A DNA stretch of 64,000 nt from contig OZ242318.1 of assembly GCA_965208105.1 (NCBI GenBank), forward strand, positions 128,001 through 192,000. The letters are read 5' to 3'. Position numbers and translations under genes: made by a program. Source of the stretch: Candidatus Latescibacterota bacterium. Its GTDB lineage: Bacteria; Latescibacterota; UBA2968; UBA8231. The notes beneath the pieces are model-generated. The model did no database searches, was not told the origin of the DNA, and saw nothing but the letters and a program-made list of their open reading frames with translations. This document shows positions 18,771-28,451 of this stretch, piece by piece. How positions within the stretch are numbered: the first letter of the stretch is position 1; every line of letters begins with the position of its first letter.

Positions 18771-19760
18771 CTATTTCCCTTTCTCCTCGTCCATTCCCCG
18801 TTCGAGGCGGACCGAGGCGACCTGCCGGCCTTCCAGAGTGAAGTCCGGACCTGCTCCACCGGGACGGAATCCCAGGGCTTCGAAGCGGGAGCCTTTGTCC
18901 TCGTCCTCGACGGACAAGGTTGCCCTCAAGGCCGTGGCCCGATGCTCGCGTCCCCAGCCCGCTGCAGCCTCGATCAGTCCGGGCCAGGCATGCTCGTAGT
19001 TCCGGTGGGTGAAACCGTCCACCTGGCATGACCCGGATTCGCCGAGACTAACGCTGGAGAGTCCCACCAGGCGTCCGGCGCCGGTGCGCGCGGCGAACCA
19101 GGCTCCGCGCCCGTCCCGTGCCAGGGCATGGTAGCGGGGATAGAGGCCCATGCACGAAGACTGGGTGGCGTAGCGGGTGGAATGGACCTCGACGTTGGCG
19201 TCCAGGACCTGCCAATCGTGGGGACAGACGATCAGGGGAATCATGGGGATGCGGTCCGCGGCGCCGCCGGGAGCGATGGTTGCGCCGGCATCTCCGCTGA
19301 AGTAGTCCACCAGGAAATCCTCTGGGGATCCGCCCATGGCAATCAGGGCCATGACGTTGGCCCCGGCCAACTTGCGCCATCCGAGCCGGTGATATACCCG
19401 GGCGGCCTCCGGATTGCCGGTGCCGAGGAAGAGGGCCTGGCCGAGCTGACGGCGGAAATCATTGCGCGCCTGTTCGCAGAGAAGTGCCGCGATCCCCCGG
19501 CGGCGATATTGCGGCAGCGTCGCCACCTCTCCCAGTCCGCCGAGTTGGGGCAAAGTCCTCGAAATGGTCAGGCAGCAGGTGCCCAGCAGGCGCTCCCCCT
19601 CCCGCACCAGGTAGACGCAGTTGCGATTGTCGACGCTCTCGGAGCCGCCGAGCTGGCCGATGAAACCTGCGTAGGAGGAGGCGAAGATTTCCTCCCAGAA
19701 TCGGGTCACCGCCTCGATCAGCTCCCCGGGCAGAGGCGGGTTGAACTTCAGGTAATTCAC
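18771..19760 (-). CDS. GNAT family acetyltransferase (two-domain)
   Basis: GEVATLPQYRRRGIA motif A, LFLGT.N..AARVYHRLGW, and a second degenerate GNAT domain ending FEALGF. Confidence 0.8.
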   Translation of the reverse strand: MNYLKFNPPLPGELIEAVTRFWEEIFASSYAGFIGQLGGSESVDNRNCVYLVREGERLLGTCCLTISRTLPQLGGLGEVATLPQYRRRGIAALLCEQARNDFRRQLGQALFLGTGNPEAARVYHRLGWRKLAGANVMALIAMGGSPEDFLVDYFSGDAGATIAPGGAADRIPMIPLIVCPHDWQVLDANVEVHSTRYATQSSCMGLYPRYHALARDGRGAWFAARTGAGRLVGLSSVSLGESGSCQVDGFTHRNYEHAWPGLIEAAAGWGREHRATALRATLSVEDEDKGSRFEALGFRPGGAGPDFTLEGRQVASVRLERGMDEEKGK

Positions 19761-19862
19761 CAGACCCTCCTGGCAACTGCCGAATGCGCTTGTCCTCCAA
19801 CCTGGTCAAGATAATCGATCTTCCCCGGGGTCCTGTCCAGGATCGAGGATATCGAGGGGCAT

Positions 19863-19890
19863 TTGCCCCTTCAGCGGACTGGTTTATAAT
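19863..19890 (+). promoter_or_regulatory. Putative sigma70 promoter of the aldo/keto reductase
   Basis: TTGCCC-16 nt-TATAAT about 80 nt upstream of ATG 19969. Confidence 0.45.
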
Positions 19891-19968
19891 TTGGACAGGC
19901 TCAAAGCGAAGCCGATCCTTCCCCCGACCGAAGGGGAAGGCTCCGGCCCGCACGAGAAGGAGGCAATA

Positions 19969-20970
19969 ATGGAATACCGCAGTCTGGGGAGGACAGGCAC
20001 GAAGGTGAGCTCGCTGTGCCTGGGGTGCCTGATGTTTGGCGGCCGGACCAGCGAGTCCGACTCCATGGACATCATCGACAGGGCCATCGACGAGGGCGTC
20101 AATTTCCTCGACACCGCCAACATGTACGTTCGCGGAAGAAGTGAAGAAATGGTGGGCAAAGCTTTGCAGCGCAACGGGAAGAGGGACCGGATCGTGTTGG
20201 CCACCAAGGTCCACTACCGCATGGACGACGACGATCCCAACGCCCAGGGCAACAGCCGCCGCCATATCGTGGAGCAGTGCGAGGCTTCGCTGCGGCGCCT
20301 GCAGACGAATTACATCGACCTCTACCAGATCCACCGTCCCTGCTCCGACGTACCCATCGACGAGACCCTCCGGGCCCTGGACGATCTGATTCGCGCCGGC
20401 AAGGTGCGCTATATCGGCAGCAGCACCTTCGCCGCCTGGCAGGTGGTGGAATCCCTGTGGGCGGCCAGGGAGCTGGGGCTCAACCGCTTCGTCTGCGAGC
20501 AGCCGCCCTACCACCTGCTGGACCGGAGCATCGAGCGCGAGCTCGTGCCCATGGCCCTCACCTATGGAACGGCGCTCATCCCGTGGGCGCCCATGGCGGG
20601 GGGGTTTCTCACCGGCAAGTACCGGCGCGGCGGGGAGCGTCCGGGGGACGCGCGCTACCAGGACGAGAGCCAGCACGAGGGTCTGTTCTCGGATGCGGCC
20701 TACGACGTCCTGGACGTGGTTGTGGAAATGGCCGAGGAAAAGGGATGCACTCCGGGCCAGTTAGCCCTGGCCTGGTGCGCCCGGCAGCCGGGGATCACCA
20801 GTCCCATCGTCGGGGTGCGCACCATGGCGCAACTGGAGGAAAACCTGGGGGCGGCCGAGGTGCAGGTGAGCGACGAAGAGTGCGCCCGCATCGACCAGGT
20901 TGCCCCCCCGGGTCAGGCCATCGCCCTCTACTACAGGGCGGACTTCGGCCCCCATTCCTTCCACTGGTAG
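19969..20970 (+). CDS. Aldo/keto reductase
   Basis: MEYRSLGRTG, DTANMY, LATK, SLRRLQTNYIDLYQIH, GKVRYIGSS; AAGGAGG RBS. Confidence 0.95.
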   Translation: MEYRSLGRTGTKVSSLCLGCLMFGGRTSESDSMDIIDRAIDEGVNFLDTANMYVRGRSEEMVGKALQRNGKRDRIVLATKVHYRMDDDDPNAQGNSRRHIVEQCEASLRRLQTNYIDLYQIHRPCSDVPIDETLRALDDLIRAGKVRYIGSSTFAAWQVVESLWAARELGLNRFVCEQPPYHLLDRSIERELVPMALTYGTALIPWAPMAGGFLTGKYRRGGERPGDARYQDESQHEGLFSDAAYDVLDVVVEMAEEKGCTPGQLALAWCARQPGITSPIVGVRTMAQLEENLGAAEVQVSDEECARIDQVAPPGQAIALYYRADFGPHSFHW

Positions 20971-21222
20971 TGTTTTCTTGAGAAGTGCCGGATGCGGAAG
21001 GCGACCCCCCGCCGGATCTGATGGGGTCGACGGGGGATTCACTGCGGGGCCAACTGATTCGCAGGCCTGTCCTGGCCGCGGCTCTCAGTCGAGGGTGACG
21101 AAGGCAACACCAGGTACTGGTACCGGCGGGCCAGCAAACTCCGCAGCAAGGCGGCGTTCGCCGAGGAAAGGGACGAGATCGTCGTGACGCTCCTGGAAAC
21201 ATTGCAAGCCCATGGCGGTCTC

Positions 21223-22245
21223 ATGCGCTTTGTCCTGCCCATCTGCGTCGTCTTTTCGGTCCTGACCGGCTGTGCCGACCAGGACCCCCTCGCCCCTCCA
21301 TCTGCGACGGCCTGCACGGATGACGGGCGCGTACTCAATGTCGGCTTCTACGCTTTTTTCGCGCCCGTCAGCTACAGCCCCGACCCCGACCCGAATTCCA
21401 CGGGATTCAACTCACATCTGGGCTATGAAGCGGATCTGTTGACGGCCCTCGAGGCCATGGAAGGCGCGGGATTGTCTTTTTCCCGTCGCGGTATCGCGCT
21501 CTGGCCGGACATTTGGCTGCAATCGGCCGGCCCGGAATTCGATTTGGTCGGGGGCGGCATCACCATTCTCGACGCACGTACCCGCGACGCGACGGACAAA
21601 CAGGTAGTCATCTTTACCTCGGGCCATATCGCGTTTCGCCAATCGCTGCTGGTGCGTGCCGAAGATGCCGAGCGCCTGGCCAGTTACGACCACCTGACCA
21701 GTGCGGTGCGCGTGGGAGCTCTGTCCGCCACGACCGGAGAAAGCCGTTTGCTGGCATTGACGGGCCTCGTCGATGCCAACGGGGTTCTGGCCGCGGGTGT
21801 GCGTGTCGAAACAGAGGAAGACACGGTAGTTGCCGATGGCGGCGCGGATTACTTCATCACCGCCGCCGGCGCATCGCCCAACCTCGAAGGGAGGCGACAG
21901 CTTTACCCGCCAGGAAACAACATGCCCCAGGTGATTTATCTCGGAGATGAGACCGGCGAAATGGAACTGCTCGAAGCCCTTGACGCGCGCAGGATAGACG
22001 CACTGGCCCGGGGAGAAATAGGCAATCGCGATGCTGCCCACGCCTCCGGCGGCGCCTTTGTGGTCACCGCCCTCGATGCAGAGGTCGAATATGGCGGTTT
22101 TACGCTGGCGGTGGAAGATACGGGGCTAGCCTCCTGCCTCGATGCGAAGATCAACTATCTGACGGATGACCGCCGCATCGGCTATGGAGAATGGCGGGAA
22201 GATCCTTTGGTTTTCATGCACCGCGCCCAGGCTTCGCCCCCATGA
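21223..22245 (+). CDS. Solute-binding lipoprotein (family 3/PBP2-like)
   Basis: Lipobox LTGC, FAPVSY, GYEADLL, DLVGGGITI...R, IDALA. Confidence 0.7.
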   Translation: MRFVLPICVVFSVLTGCADQDPLAPPSATACTDDGRVLNVGFYAFFAPVSYSPDPDPNSTGFNSHLGYEADLLTALEAMEGAGLSFSRRGIALWPDIWLQSAGPEFDLVGGGITILDARTRDATDKQVVIFTSGHIAFRQSLLVRAEDAERLASYDHLTSAVRVGALSATTGESRLLALTGLVDANGVLAAGVRVETEEDTVVADGGADYFITAAGASPNLEGRRQLYPPGNNMPQVIYLGDETGEMELLEALDARRIDALARGEIGNRDAAHASGGAFVVTALDAEVEYGGFTLAVEDTGLASCLDAKINYLTDDRRIGYGEWREDPLVFMHRAQASPP

Positions 22246-22341
22246 TAGGGCCGGCCCACCAAACTTCGCGCTTGCAGATGGCAGCGGAAATTGAGCACCC
22301 GGCCGACATCCTCATTCGGAACCCGGTCGTGGCCGCCGCTT

Positions 22342-23205
22342 TCAGTCGAGGCTGATCCGGTAGGAGTTGCGCTCGATGAGCTCGTGGTCGGAGGCGCGGG
22401 CGCTTTTGAGCGCATGGTCGGTCAGGGGCAGGAAGTAGTGGGTCTCGGCGTTCTGCGAGATGAATCCCTCCGCGTAGGCGCAGCCGCCGGCCGAGCCGAA
22501 GGCTCCGTCGCTTGTCTCGATGCGCTTGCGCGCATAGGCGCCGCCGTATCCCTGGCTCACCAGGCAGTCCAGCGCCGCCAGCTTCTTGTCCGCCACGTCG
22601 GTGATGTCGATGAACACGTCGTTGTAGTAGCCGCCCTCGGACTGCCAAACGTTGCGCGGCACCGCTGCCGCGCCCGTTCCGAAGAAGAAGACCTGCGCCG
22701 TCTTGTGGGGGGGATTGCGGTCGCCGGGGTCGACGCTGCCCGCCGACGAGATGGCGTGGAGCACGATCTGCCCGGCCACGGCATGGGGGCCGGTGAGCCC
22801 GTCGCCTTCCTTGGGGAAGTGAGTCAGGACGATGTCGGGGCGCAACTTCCGCAGTAGCCGCGCCAGGCGCCTCACCGTTTCCACCGTGACCAGAAGCACG
22901 GCGTCGTCGGCGCCGAAGAAGTAGATGTCCCGGACACCCAGGATCGCGCACCCGGCGCGTACCTCGTCGGCCTTGACGTCCGAGCGCTCCTGCATCAGCT
23001 CCAGGAGCTCGGATTCCTCTGGAACCTCCTGGCGATGAAACATGGAGTCGCTGATCACCGCGTCGTGCACCCGGGCCCCGTGGGTCAGCACCACGCAGCC
23101 GACGTAGTCTCCCCGGCCGGCGTGGTGCGCCATGGTGCCGCCGGACTGGTCGAATATATCCGCGGGATGGGCTCCGATAGAGAGCAGGCGCAGGGATTCA
23201 CCCAT
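22342..23205 (-). CDS. PIG-L/LmbE family deacetylase-like protein
   Basis: LLSIGAHPAD, LTHG, LRPDIVLTH, IDITDVADKKLAAL..SQ, YAEGF; alternative GTG start at 23223. Confidence 0.8.
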   Translation of the reverse strand: MGESLRLLSIGAHPADIFDQSGGTMAHHAGRGDYVGCVVLTHGARVHDAVISDSMFHRQEVPEESELLELMQERSDVKADEVRAGCAILGVRDIYFFGADDAVLLVTVETVRRLARLLRKLRPDIVLTHFPKEGDGLTGPHAVAGQIVLHAISSAGSVDPGDRNPPHKTAQVFFFGTGAAAVPRNVWQSEGGYYNDVFIDITDVADKKLAALDCLVSQGYGGAYARKRIETSDGAFGSAGGCAYAEGFISQNAETHYFLPLTDHALKSARASDHELIERNSYRISLD

Positions 23206-23209
23206 GGTA

Positions 23210-23662
23210 TTATTCTCCTCCACCTGTCCATTGTGAGCGCGAACCGAAGATTTGCCTGTCCGCCGAGTAACGCCCCGGCCCGGCGGCCAGCAGCAGGACG
23301 CTGATGCAGAGGTATACGGCGGCCAGCTCGTAGGACGATCCTCCCACCGAGACGAAGGGGTCGCCGCGCATGAAGGCGTGCATGCAGACCGCGACGATCA
23401 TGGTGCAGCCGAGGCCCAGGGCCGCGAGGGGGGTCAGCAGGCCCACGATCCAGGCTATGCCGCCGCCGAACTCGGAAAGGGCGGCCAGGGCCTGGAAGAT
23501 GCCGGGGGCGAAGCCTTCCGGGCCCATCCAGCCGAAGGGGTTCTGGATCTTTGGCCAGCCGTGAATGGCAAAGGCGAGGCCGGAGACCACCCGCAGCAGA
23601 AGCAGCGCCCAATGGGTGACGCAGGATTGCTCGGGGACGGAGAACAGTCTCTTGAAGTTCAT
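23210..23662 (-). CDS. DoxX family membrane protein
   Basis: ALLLLRVVSG..F..HGWPKI, EFGGG, GLLT, GPGRYSAD. Confidence 0.9.
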   Translation of the reverse strand: MNFKRLFSVPEQSCVTHWALLLLRVVSGLAFAIHGWPKIQNPFGWMGPEGFAPGIFQALAALSEFGGGIAWIVGLLTPLAALGLGCTMIVAVCMHAFMRGDPFVSVGGSSYELAAVYLCISVLLLAAGPGRYSADRQIFGSRSQWTGGGE

Positions 23663-23959
23663 GGAAGGTTCCTTTCGAGGGTGTGTCTGACCGGGTGAGC
23701 CTCTTCCCGGGTGAGGCGAGGGGCAAAGTTCCGGCGGGGGATGGCCCCGGGGACCTGTTCCGGAGCTGGCCAGGCGGCTATTCAGCCGGGTCCGCGCGGT
23801 AGAGTATAGGGGAAGGAGGGGCGGGTGTCCATTGGGCCGATGCCGTGCGGTCGGATCCTCGCGGGTTTCGCCAATAATCTCCTGTTTTTCAGGTATAGCC
23901 GCGTATAGCCGCACGGCTCAGGTCATCCTGCCGCGCAATATGCCGGCGTGCTGGGTCGG

Positions 23960-24916
23960 TCAGCTCATGGCATCCACCGCCCGTTGTGCCATCTCCAGGG
24001 CTTTCCTGTAGTTGAGCCGCACCCCGTCTGCGGGAGTTCCTCCAGGCGGGGCGTAGTGGGAGGCGGCGGCGATGACCACCTCCGACCTGTTCCGGGCAAA
24101 GGAGCGGAAGAGGGCGGGGTAGTCCGGATCGCCGGTGCCGAGCTCACACCACTCGAACCTGCACGAGGGGCCGTCAATGGTGCGCGTGTCCTTAAGGTGC
24201 AGGCTCTTCAGGTAGGGCTTCAGGTTCTCGTAGCCGGTTGTCACCGTGTCGCGTTCGCCCGCCAGCATGGCGTCTCCGGGGCACCACTTGGCCTTGAAGC
24301 GCGGCGAATCGACGCGCTCGACGATTTCCAGGAAGTGGCGGCTCGTGTTCACGTACTCCCAGGGGTGGACCATGAGCAGGACGTCCATGTCGTGCTCGTC
24401 GGCGAGGTCGGCGACGATGCGGAGAGCCGCGACGATCTTTTCCAGCTCTCGGGGCGGAATGACGCCGCCCCCGGTTGCGTGGCGCCAGGACCAGGTCGGA
24501 CTCGGCCGCTTTCCGGTGTGGAACTCGCCGGGCCAGGCGAACCCCGAGCACTGCGCCAGCGGCGCTCCGACGATTTTGGCGAAAACCATGGTACGGCGCA
24601 GGTTGTCCAGGTCGCGCACGAATTCGGGGTTGGTGCGCAGATCGGCGAGCTGGACCTCGTCTATGTGCAGGGTCTTGAAGGGATTGGGCGACGAGCACCC
24701 GACCGCGTTGGTCTGCAGCCTGGCGTCGTCGAGAATGCGCCTGCGGTAGTTCGCGTGCTCGTCGGTGAGCTTTTCCGGCTCGACGAAATATTCCACGTAG
24801 CGCGCACCCAGCTCGCCGGCGACCCCCACCGCTTCCTCGAAGGGCAGGGCGGTCTCGGAAAGCAAAACCCCCATCTTGAATTTGTAGCCGTTCACTGCAC
24901 TGTATTTCCTAGCCAT
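23960..24916 (-). CDS. Sugar phosphate isomerase/epimerase (xylose isomerase-like TIM barrel)
   Basis: LGARYVE, HLKD, CELGTGDPDY; co-oriented with the SDR. Start may be GTG 24925. Confidence 0.7.
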   Translation of the reverse strand: MARKYSAVNGYKFKMGVLLSETALPFEEAVGVAGELGARYVEYFVEPEKLTDEHANYRRRILDDARLQTNAVGCSSPNPFKTLHIDEVQLADLRTNPEFVRDLDNLRRTMVFAKIVGAPLAQCSGFAWPGEFHTGKRPSPTWSWRHATGGGVIPPRELEKIVAALRIVADLADEHDMDVLLMVHPWEYVNTSRHFLEIVERVDSPRFKAKWCPGDAMLAGERDTVTTGYENLKPYLKSLHLKDTRTIDGPSCRFEWCELGTGDPDYPALFRSFARNRSEVVIAAASHYAPPGGTPADGVRLNYRKALEMAQRAVDAMS

Positions 24917-25727
24917 CGTCTCCACGGTCCCTGGCCGGGGACTTCATTGCGCGGTTGCTGCCCTTGGAACTCTCGCCGCCGTCGGCGAAGAGGCAGGTGC
25001 CGGTGACGAAGGAGGCGTCGTCGGAGGCCAGGAACAGGACGCAGGCGGCGATCTCCCCGGGCAGGGCCGCCCTCCTGAGCATGGTGGATTGTCCGAACTC
25101 TTCCTTGAACGAGCCGGGGGTTTTCCCGGCCGCCGCGGCGCGCTTCTCATGGAAGGGGGTGTAGGTCGGTCCCGGGCAAAGGGCGTTGACCCGGATGCCT
25201 TCCTCGGCGTGGTCAAAGGCCATTGCCCTGGTCAGTCCGGTGACCGCTGCCTTGGTGGTATCGTACTGCACCGCGTTGCGGCTCGCTATCACGGCGCTGT
25301 TGGAGGCTATGTTGACGATGCTGCCCTTGCCACTTTTGCTCAGGTAGGGGATCGCGGCCCTGGCGCAGAAGGCGTAGCCCTTGACGTTCACCGCCCAGAT
25401 GGCGTCCCAGCTTTCCTCGCTGGCTTCGGTGACGCTGTGGTAGAGGCGGATGGCGGCGTTGTTAACCAGGATGTCGAGCCGACCGAAATGCTCGGCCGCG
25501 CGCCGGATAAAATCGCTGGCTTCGGATTCGCGGTCCATGCGGGCCTCCACGAACAGCACCTCTCCACCGGCTGCCTCGATCTGCGCGGCGATTCCGGCGC
25601 CGCGGCTGCCGTCGCGGTCGGCAAATGCCACCTGTGCGCCCTCCTCCACGAACCGCCGCACCGTGGCCTCGCCGATGCCCGACGCACCCCCGGTGACCGC
25701 CGCGACCTTGCCGGCCAGTCTTCCCAT
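24909..25727 (-). CDS. Short-chain dehydrogenase/reductase (SDR)
   Basis: TGGASGIG, LDILVNNA, GSIVNIAS, YDTTK (YxxxK), IRVNALCPG. Confidence 0.95.
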   Translation of the reverse strand: MGRLAGKVAAVTGGASGIGEATVRRFVEEGAQVAFADRDGSRGAGIAAQIEAAGGEVLFVEARMDRESEASDFIRRAAEHFGRLDILVNNAAIRLYHSVTEASEESWDAIWAVNVKGYAFCARAAIPYLSKSGKGSIVNIASNSAVIASRNAVQYDTTKAAVTGLTRAMAFDHAEEGIRVNALCPGPTYTPFHEKRAAAAGKTPGSFKEEFGQSTMLRRAALPGEIAACVLFLASDDASFVTGTCLFADGGESSKGSNRAMKSPARDRGDDG

Positions 25728-25783
25728 CTGTCACCTCCTCGAAGGCATGGAGTCCCGCAGGAGGGCGGGCGTCCGCTCCCCGA

Positions 25784-26152
25784 TCAGCGCTGCTCGTCCT
25801 GGGTGGGGAATTCCGCCGGCATGCAGATCTCGATGACCTCGAAGTCCTCGGAGAACTCCAGCACCTCGTGCGGGACCTTGGGATCCTGCTGCCAGCTGTC
25901 GCCGGCCTCGAAGCGCACCTCCCCGACGTCCTCGATCTCGACCCGGGTCCAGCCGCGCAGCACGTAGTTCATCTGGAACTGGAGATCGTGGGAATGATAG
26001 CCGCCCGGGCCGCTGCAAGATTCGGTGGCGCGGATGACGTGGACGAGCAAACCGCCCTTGGTGGCCTCGACGCTGCCGAGGTCGCGGTACTCGAAGTAGC
26101 TGCGCAGGCCGGGCTTCCATTCCGCCGACTTGTGAAAGGACATGGTGGCCAT
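25784..26152 (-). CDS. Cupin domain protein
   Basis: GYHSHDLQFQMNYVLRGW...AGDSW.Q.P.VPH; AGGAGG RBS. Confidence 0.88.
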   Translation of the reverse strand: MATMSFHKSAEWKPGLRSYFEYRDLGSVEATKGGLLVHVIRATESCSGPGGYHSHDLQFQMNYVLRGWTRVEIEDVGEVRFEAGDSWQQDPKVPHEVLEFSEDFEVIEICMPAEFPTQDEQR

Positions 26153-26311
26153 GATGATCGATCCTCCTGGGTTGGGATGGGCAGGGGAAATTTTCCGCAT
26201 GAGAGGGGGATGAGTCCCCCTCAATCCCTCTGTCGGGAAACGCGTGGAGGGAACGGTACTAAGCAGGCAGGAGAAATAAGCACCCTGGCGGTAGCTGGGT
26301 CAAGGCAGTCT

Positions 26312-26866
26312 TCACTGCTTGGCCACCGCGTCTCCGAGGCGGATGACGCCGGCCCGGACCACCCGCGTATTGATGCCGCGCAGGCAAAGCTCCCGGCCCT
26401 CGGGCCCGTTGACCAGTTGCATGGCGTCCAGGCCGAAGTGCTCGACGAACTTCTTGCAGCCGGTGTGGGGTTCGCCGGTGACCTGGATGACGGCGGAGCC
26501 GATGGACAGATGGGTCCCAGCCGGCAAGTTGGTCAGACTGAGGTCCAGGTCGATGTAGAGCTGGTCTCCGGCCAGGGGCCAGCGCTCCCGGCAGGTGGCG
26601 ACGAGGTCGGCTGCGCGGGCGTTCATGATGGTCAGCTGGGCCAACGGGTTGGGTTCGCGCGGCGGGTTGGAGGCTGCTCCCCGGGTCTTCCAGTTGTCGC
26701 CCACCAGACCCTCGCCCGGGTCCAGTTGGCCTTCGCGCAGCAGCTCCCGTTTGCCGATGTCGGGGCGGCGGGCGATGAGTTGCAGCACCCCCTGGTCGGC
26801 GGGGGATCGGCGAATGTGGTCCACGCCGGCTTGCAGTTGCTCCATGCTCAGGTGCTCGGCTTGCAT
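26312..26866 (-). CDS. MOSC domain protein
   Basis: GLVGDNW, LAGDQLYID, PHTGCKKF, LRGIN..V...G.IRLGD. Confidence 0.88.
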   Translation of the reverse strand: MQAEHLSMEQLQAGVDHIRRSPADQGVLQLIARRPDIGKRELLREGQLDPGEGLVGDNWKTRGAASNPPREPNPLAQLTIMNARAADLVATCRERWPLAGDQLYIDLDLSLTNLPAGTHLSIGSAVIQVTGEPHTGCKKFVEHFGLDAMQLVNGPEGRELCLRGINTRVVRAGVIRLGDAVAKQ

Positions 26867-26889
26867 CGGTCAACCTCCGTGAAGCTCGT

Positions 26890-27618
26890 TTAAATCGCGG
26901 CGTCCACCAGAAGCTCGCGTTCGCCCTGGGGCTGTACGGGCCGGTTGTTGCCGTGGATGATTGCTCTGAATCGGGCGATTTGCGCCGCGGACAGCTCCAC
27001 GGGGGTCGCCAGCACGAGCCACTTGACTCCCTCTGAACAGGGCGGGGTAGTCAGAGAGCCGTCGTAGCGGTATGTGTGCCTGGGGGCCGGCAACAAATCT
27101 TCGGCGTTGATGGCGACGTTCCCGTGGTGCTGCGCTGCTCCAGCGGCCCCTGGCAGGTGCGCCCAAAGAGGTTCGAATGCGGCGTTTTCGCCGCCCTGCT
27201 CGATCAGCACTCCAATGACCGCGAGGGTGCCGTTCCCGTCCTGGTGAACGAGGTGCATCTCCATGTCGAAGGACCTGCCGGCCACCGTATGCTCGCAGGG
27301 GGCGTGGAAATGGAATTGCAGCAGCTCGTACCTTGCGTCGCCGACCTCGATCCAGTTCTCTGAGGTGGATGCCACTTCAATTGTATGGCCGTTGTTGCGG
27401 ATTTCCAGGGCGGTGGGCCGGTAGTTGAAGACGACAGCCGGAAGCTTCGCCTCGGTGGGGTCTGCCAGGTCGATGGGGGATTGGTGGGCGCCCTCGGCGC
27501 AAAGGATGAATTCCGGGCTCAGGCGGCCCCAGACATCGGGTCCGTTACCAACTTCGTAGCCCCACTCCAAATGCTCTGTCCGCGGTGGCGCATTTTCCGA
27601 GTTTGCATGGCTGCTCAT
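26890..27618 (-). CDS. Alpha-class carbonic anhydrase
   Basis: WGY, QSPID, NNGHTI, QFHFH, EH, EMHLVH, Y.GSLTTPPCSEGVKW, NNRPVQP. No in-frame signal peptide (see findings). Confidence 0.95.
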   Translation of the reverse strand: MSSHANSENAPPRTEHLEWGYEVGNGPDVWGRLSPEFILCAEGAHQSPIDLADPTEAKLPAVVFNYRPTALEIRNNGHTIEVASTSENWIEVGDARYELLQFHFHAPCEHTVAGRSFDMEMHLVHQDGNGTLAVIGVLIEQGGENAAFEPLWAHLPGAAGAAQHHGNVAINAEDLLPAPRHTYRYDGSLTTPPCSEGVKWLVLATPVELSAAQIARFRAIIHGNNRPVQPQGERELLVDAAI

Positions 27619-27791
27619 GGCGATTCCAGGGCCAGGGAAGAAATTACAAGTGCAATATAAAGACAAAGGCAAAGGTGGCAAGTAACTCCCAGTCGGATGA
27701 CGGGCCTCATCAATACGTTGAATTTATGGAGCGCAAAATTGAGAAGCCGGCGTTCCACCGTGGCTTCCTTTAACCAGGCGTGGCAGCGTAT

Positions 27792-28301
27792 CTACTCCTC
27801 CTCGGACGGTCCGAGCAGTTCGTCCAGCTTGGCCCTGATCTTTTCCTCGGATCCGGGCCTATACCCCTGGTGCTTGTAGAATACCGTCCCGTCCTCGCGG
27901 ATGATCAGGGTCGCCGGCATGCCCACCAACTGGAACTGCTTGAGCACCTCGTTGGTATTGTCGAGCAAAACCGGCAGTGTAAGCTTGTGGCGCTGCAGGA
28001 AGGGACGCACCTTGGGCAGATTCCTGGGGCCGTCCACGTTGATCGTAAGCACCTGAACCCGGCGCTTGGCGAACTCCTCGGACAGGGTTTGGAGCTTGGG
28101 CAGAGCCTTGATGCAGGGCTTGCACCAGGTGGCCCAGAAGTCCAGGACCACAGGGCCTTCCTTCAGCGTTTCCTCCAGGGAAAAAGTCGATCCGTCGAGA
28201 TTTTCAAGCACCAGCCGCGGGGCCTTCTCTGCCTGGGAAGGCGGACCCAACAGCAGGCAGGTTGCCGAGGCGAGGACGAGTTTCGTCATTTTATCCATCA
28301 T
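27792..28301 (-). CDS. TlpA family thiol:disulfide oxidoreductase (exported)
   Basis: Signal peptide, LDFWATWCKPC, cis-Pro loop GMPAT. Confidence 0.93.
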   Translation of the reverse strand: MMDKMTKLVLASATCLLLGPPSQAEKAPRLVLENLDGSTFSLEETLKEGPVVLDFWATWCKPCIKALPKLQTLSEEFAKRRVQVLTINVDGPRNLPKVRPFLQRHKLTLPVLLDNTNEVLKQFQLVGMPATLIIREDGTVFYKHQGYRPGSEEKIRAKLDELLGPSEEE

Positions 28302-28451
28302 GGAAGGCCTTTCGGGGCCGTTGCAGCAGACCCCTTTGGCTCTGACGACCTGGTGATTAGGTGATTACTATCCTGACCGGAAAACCTGCTTGCCGGAGCC
28401 GATGATACCAAGGGGACCCATTTAATGGAACTTCACCACAGGACCGGGTCC

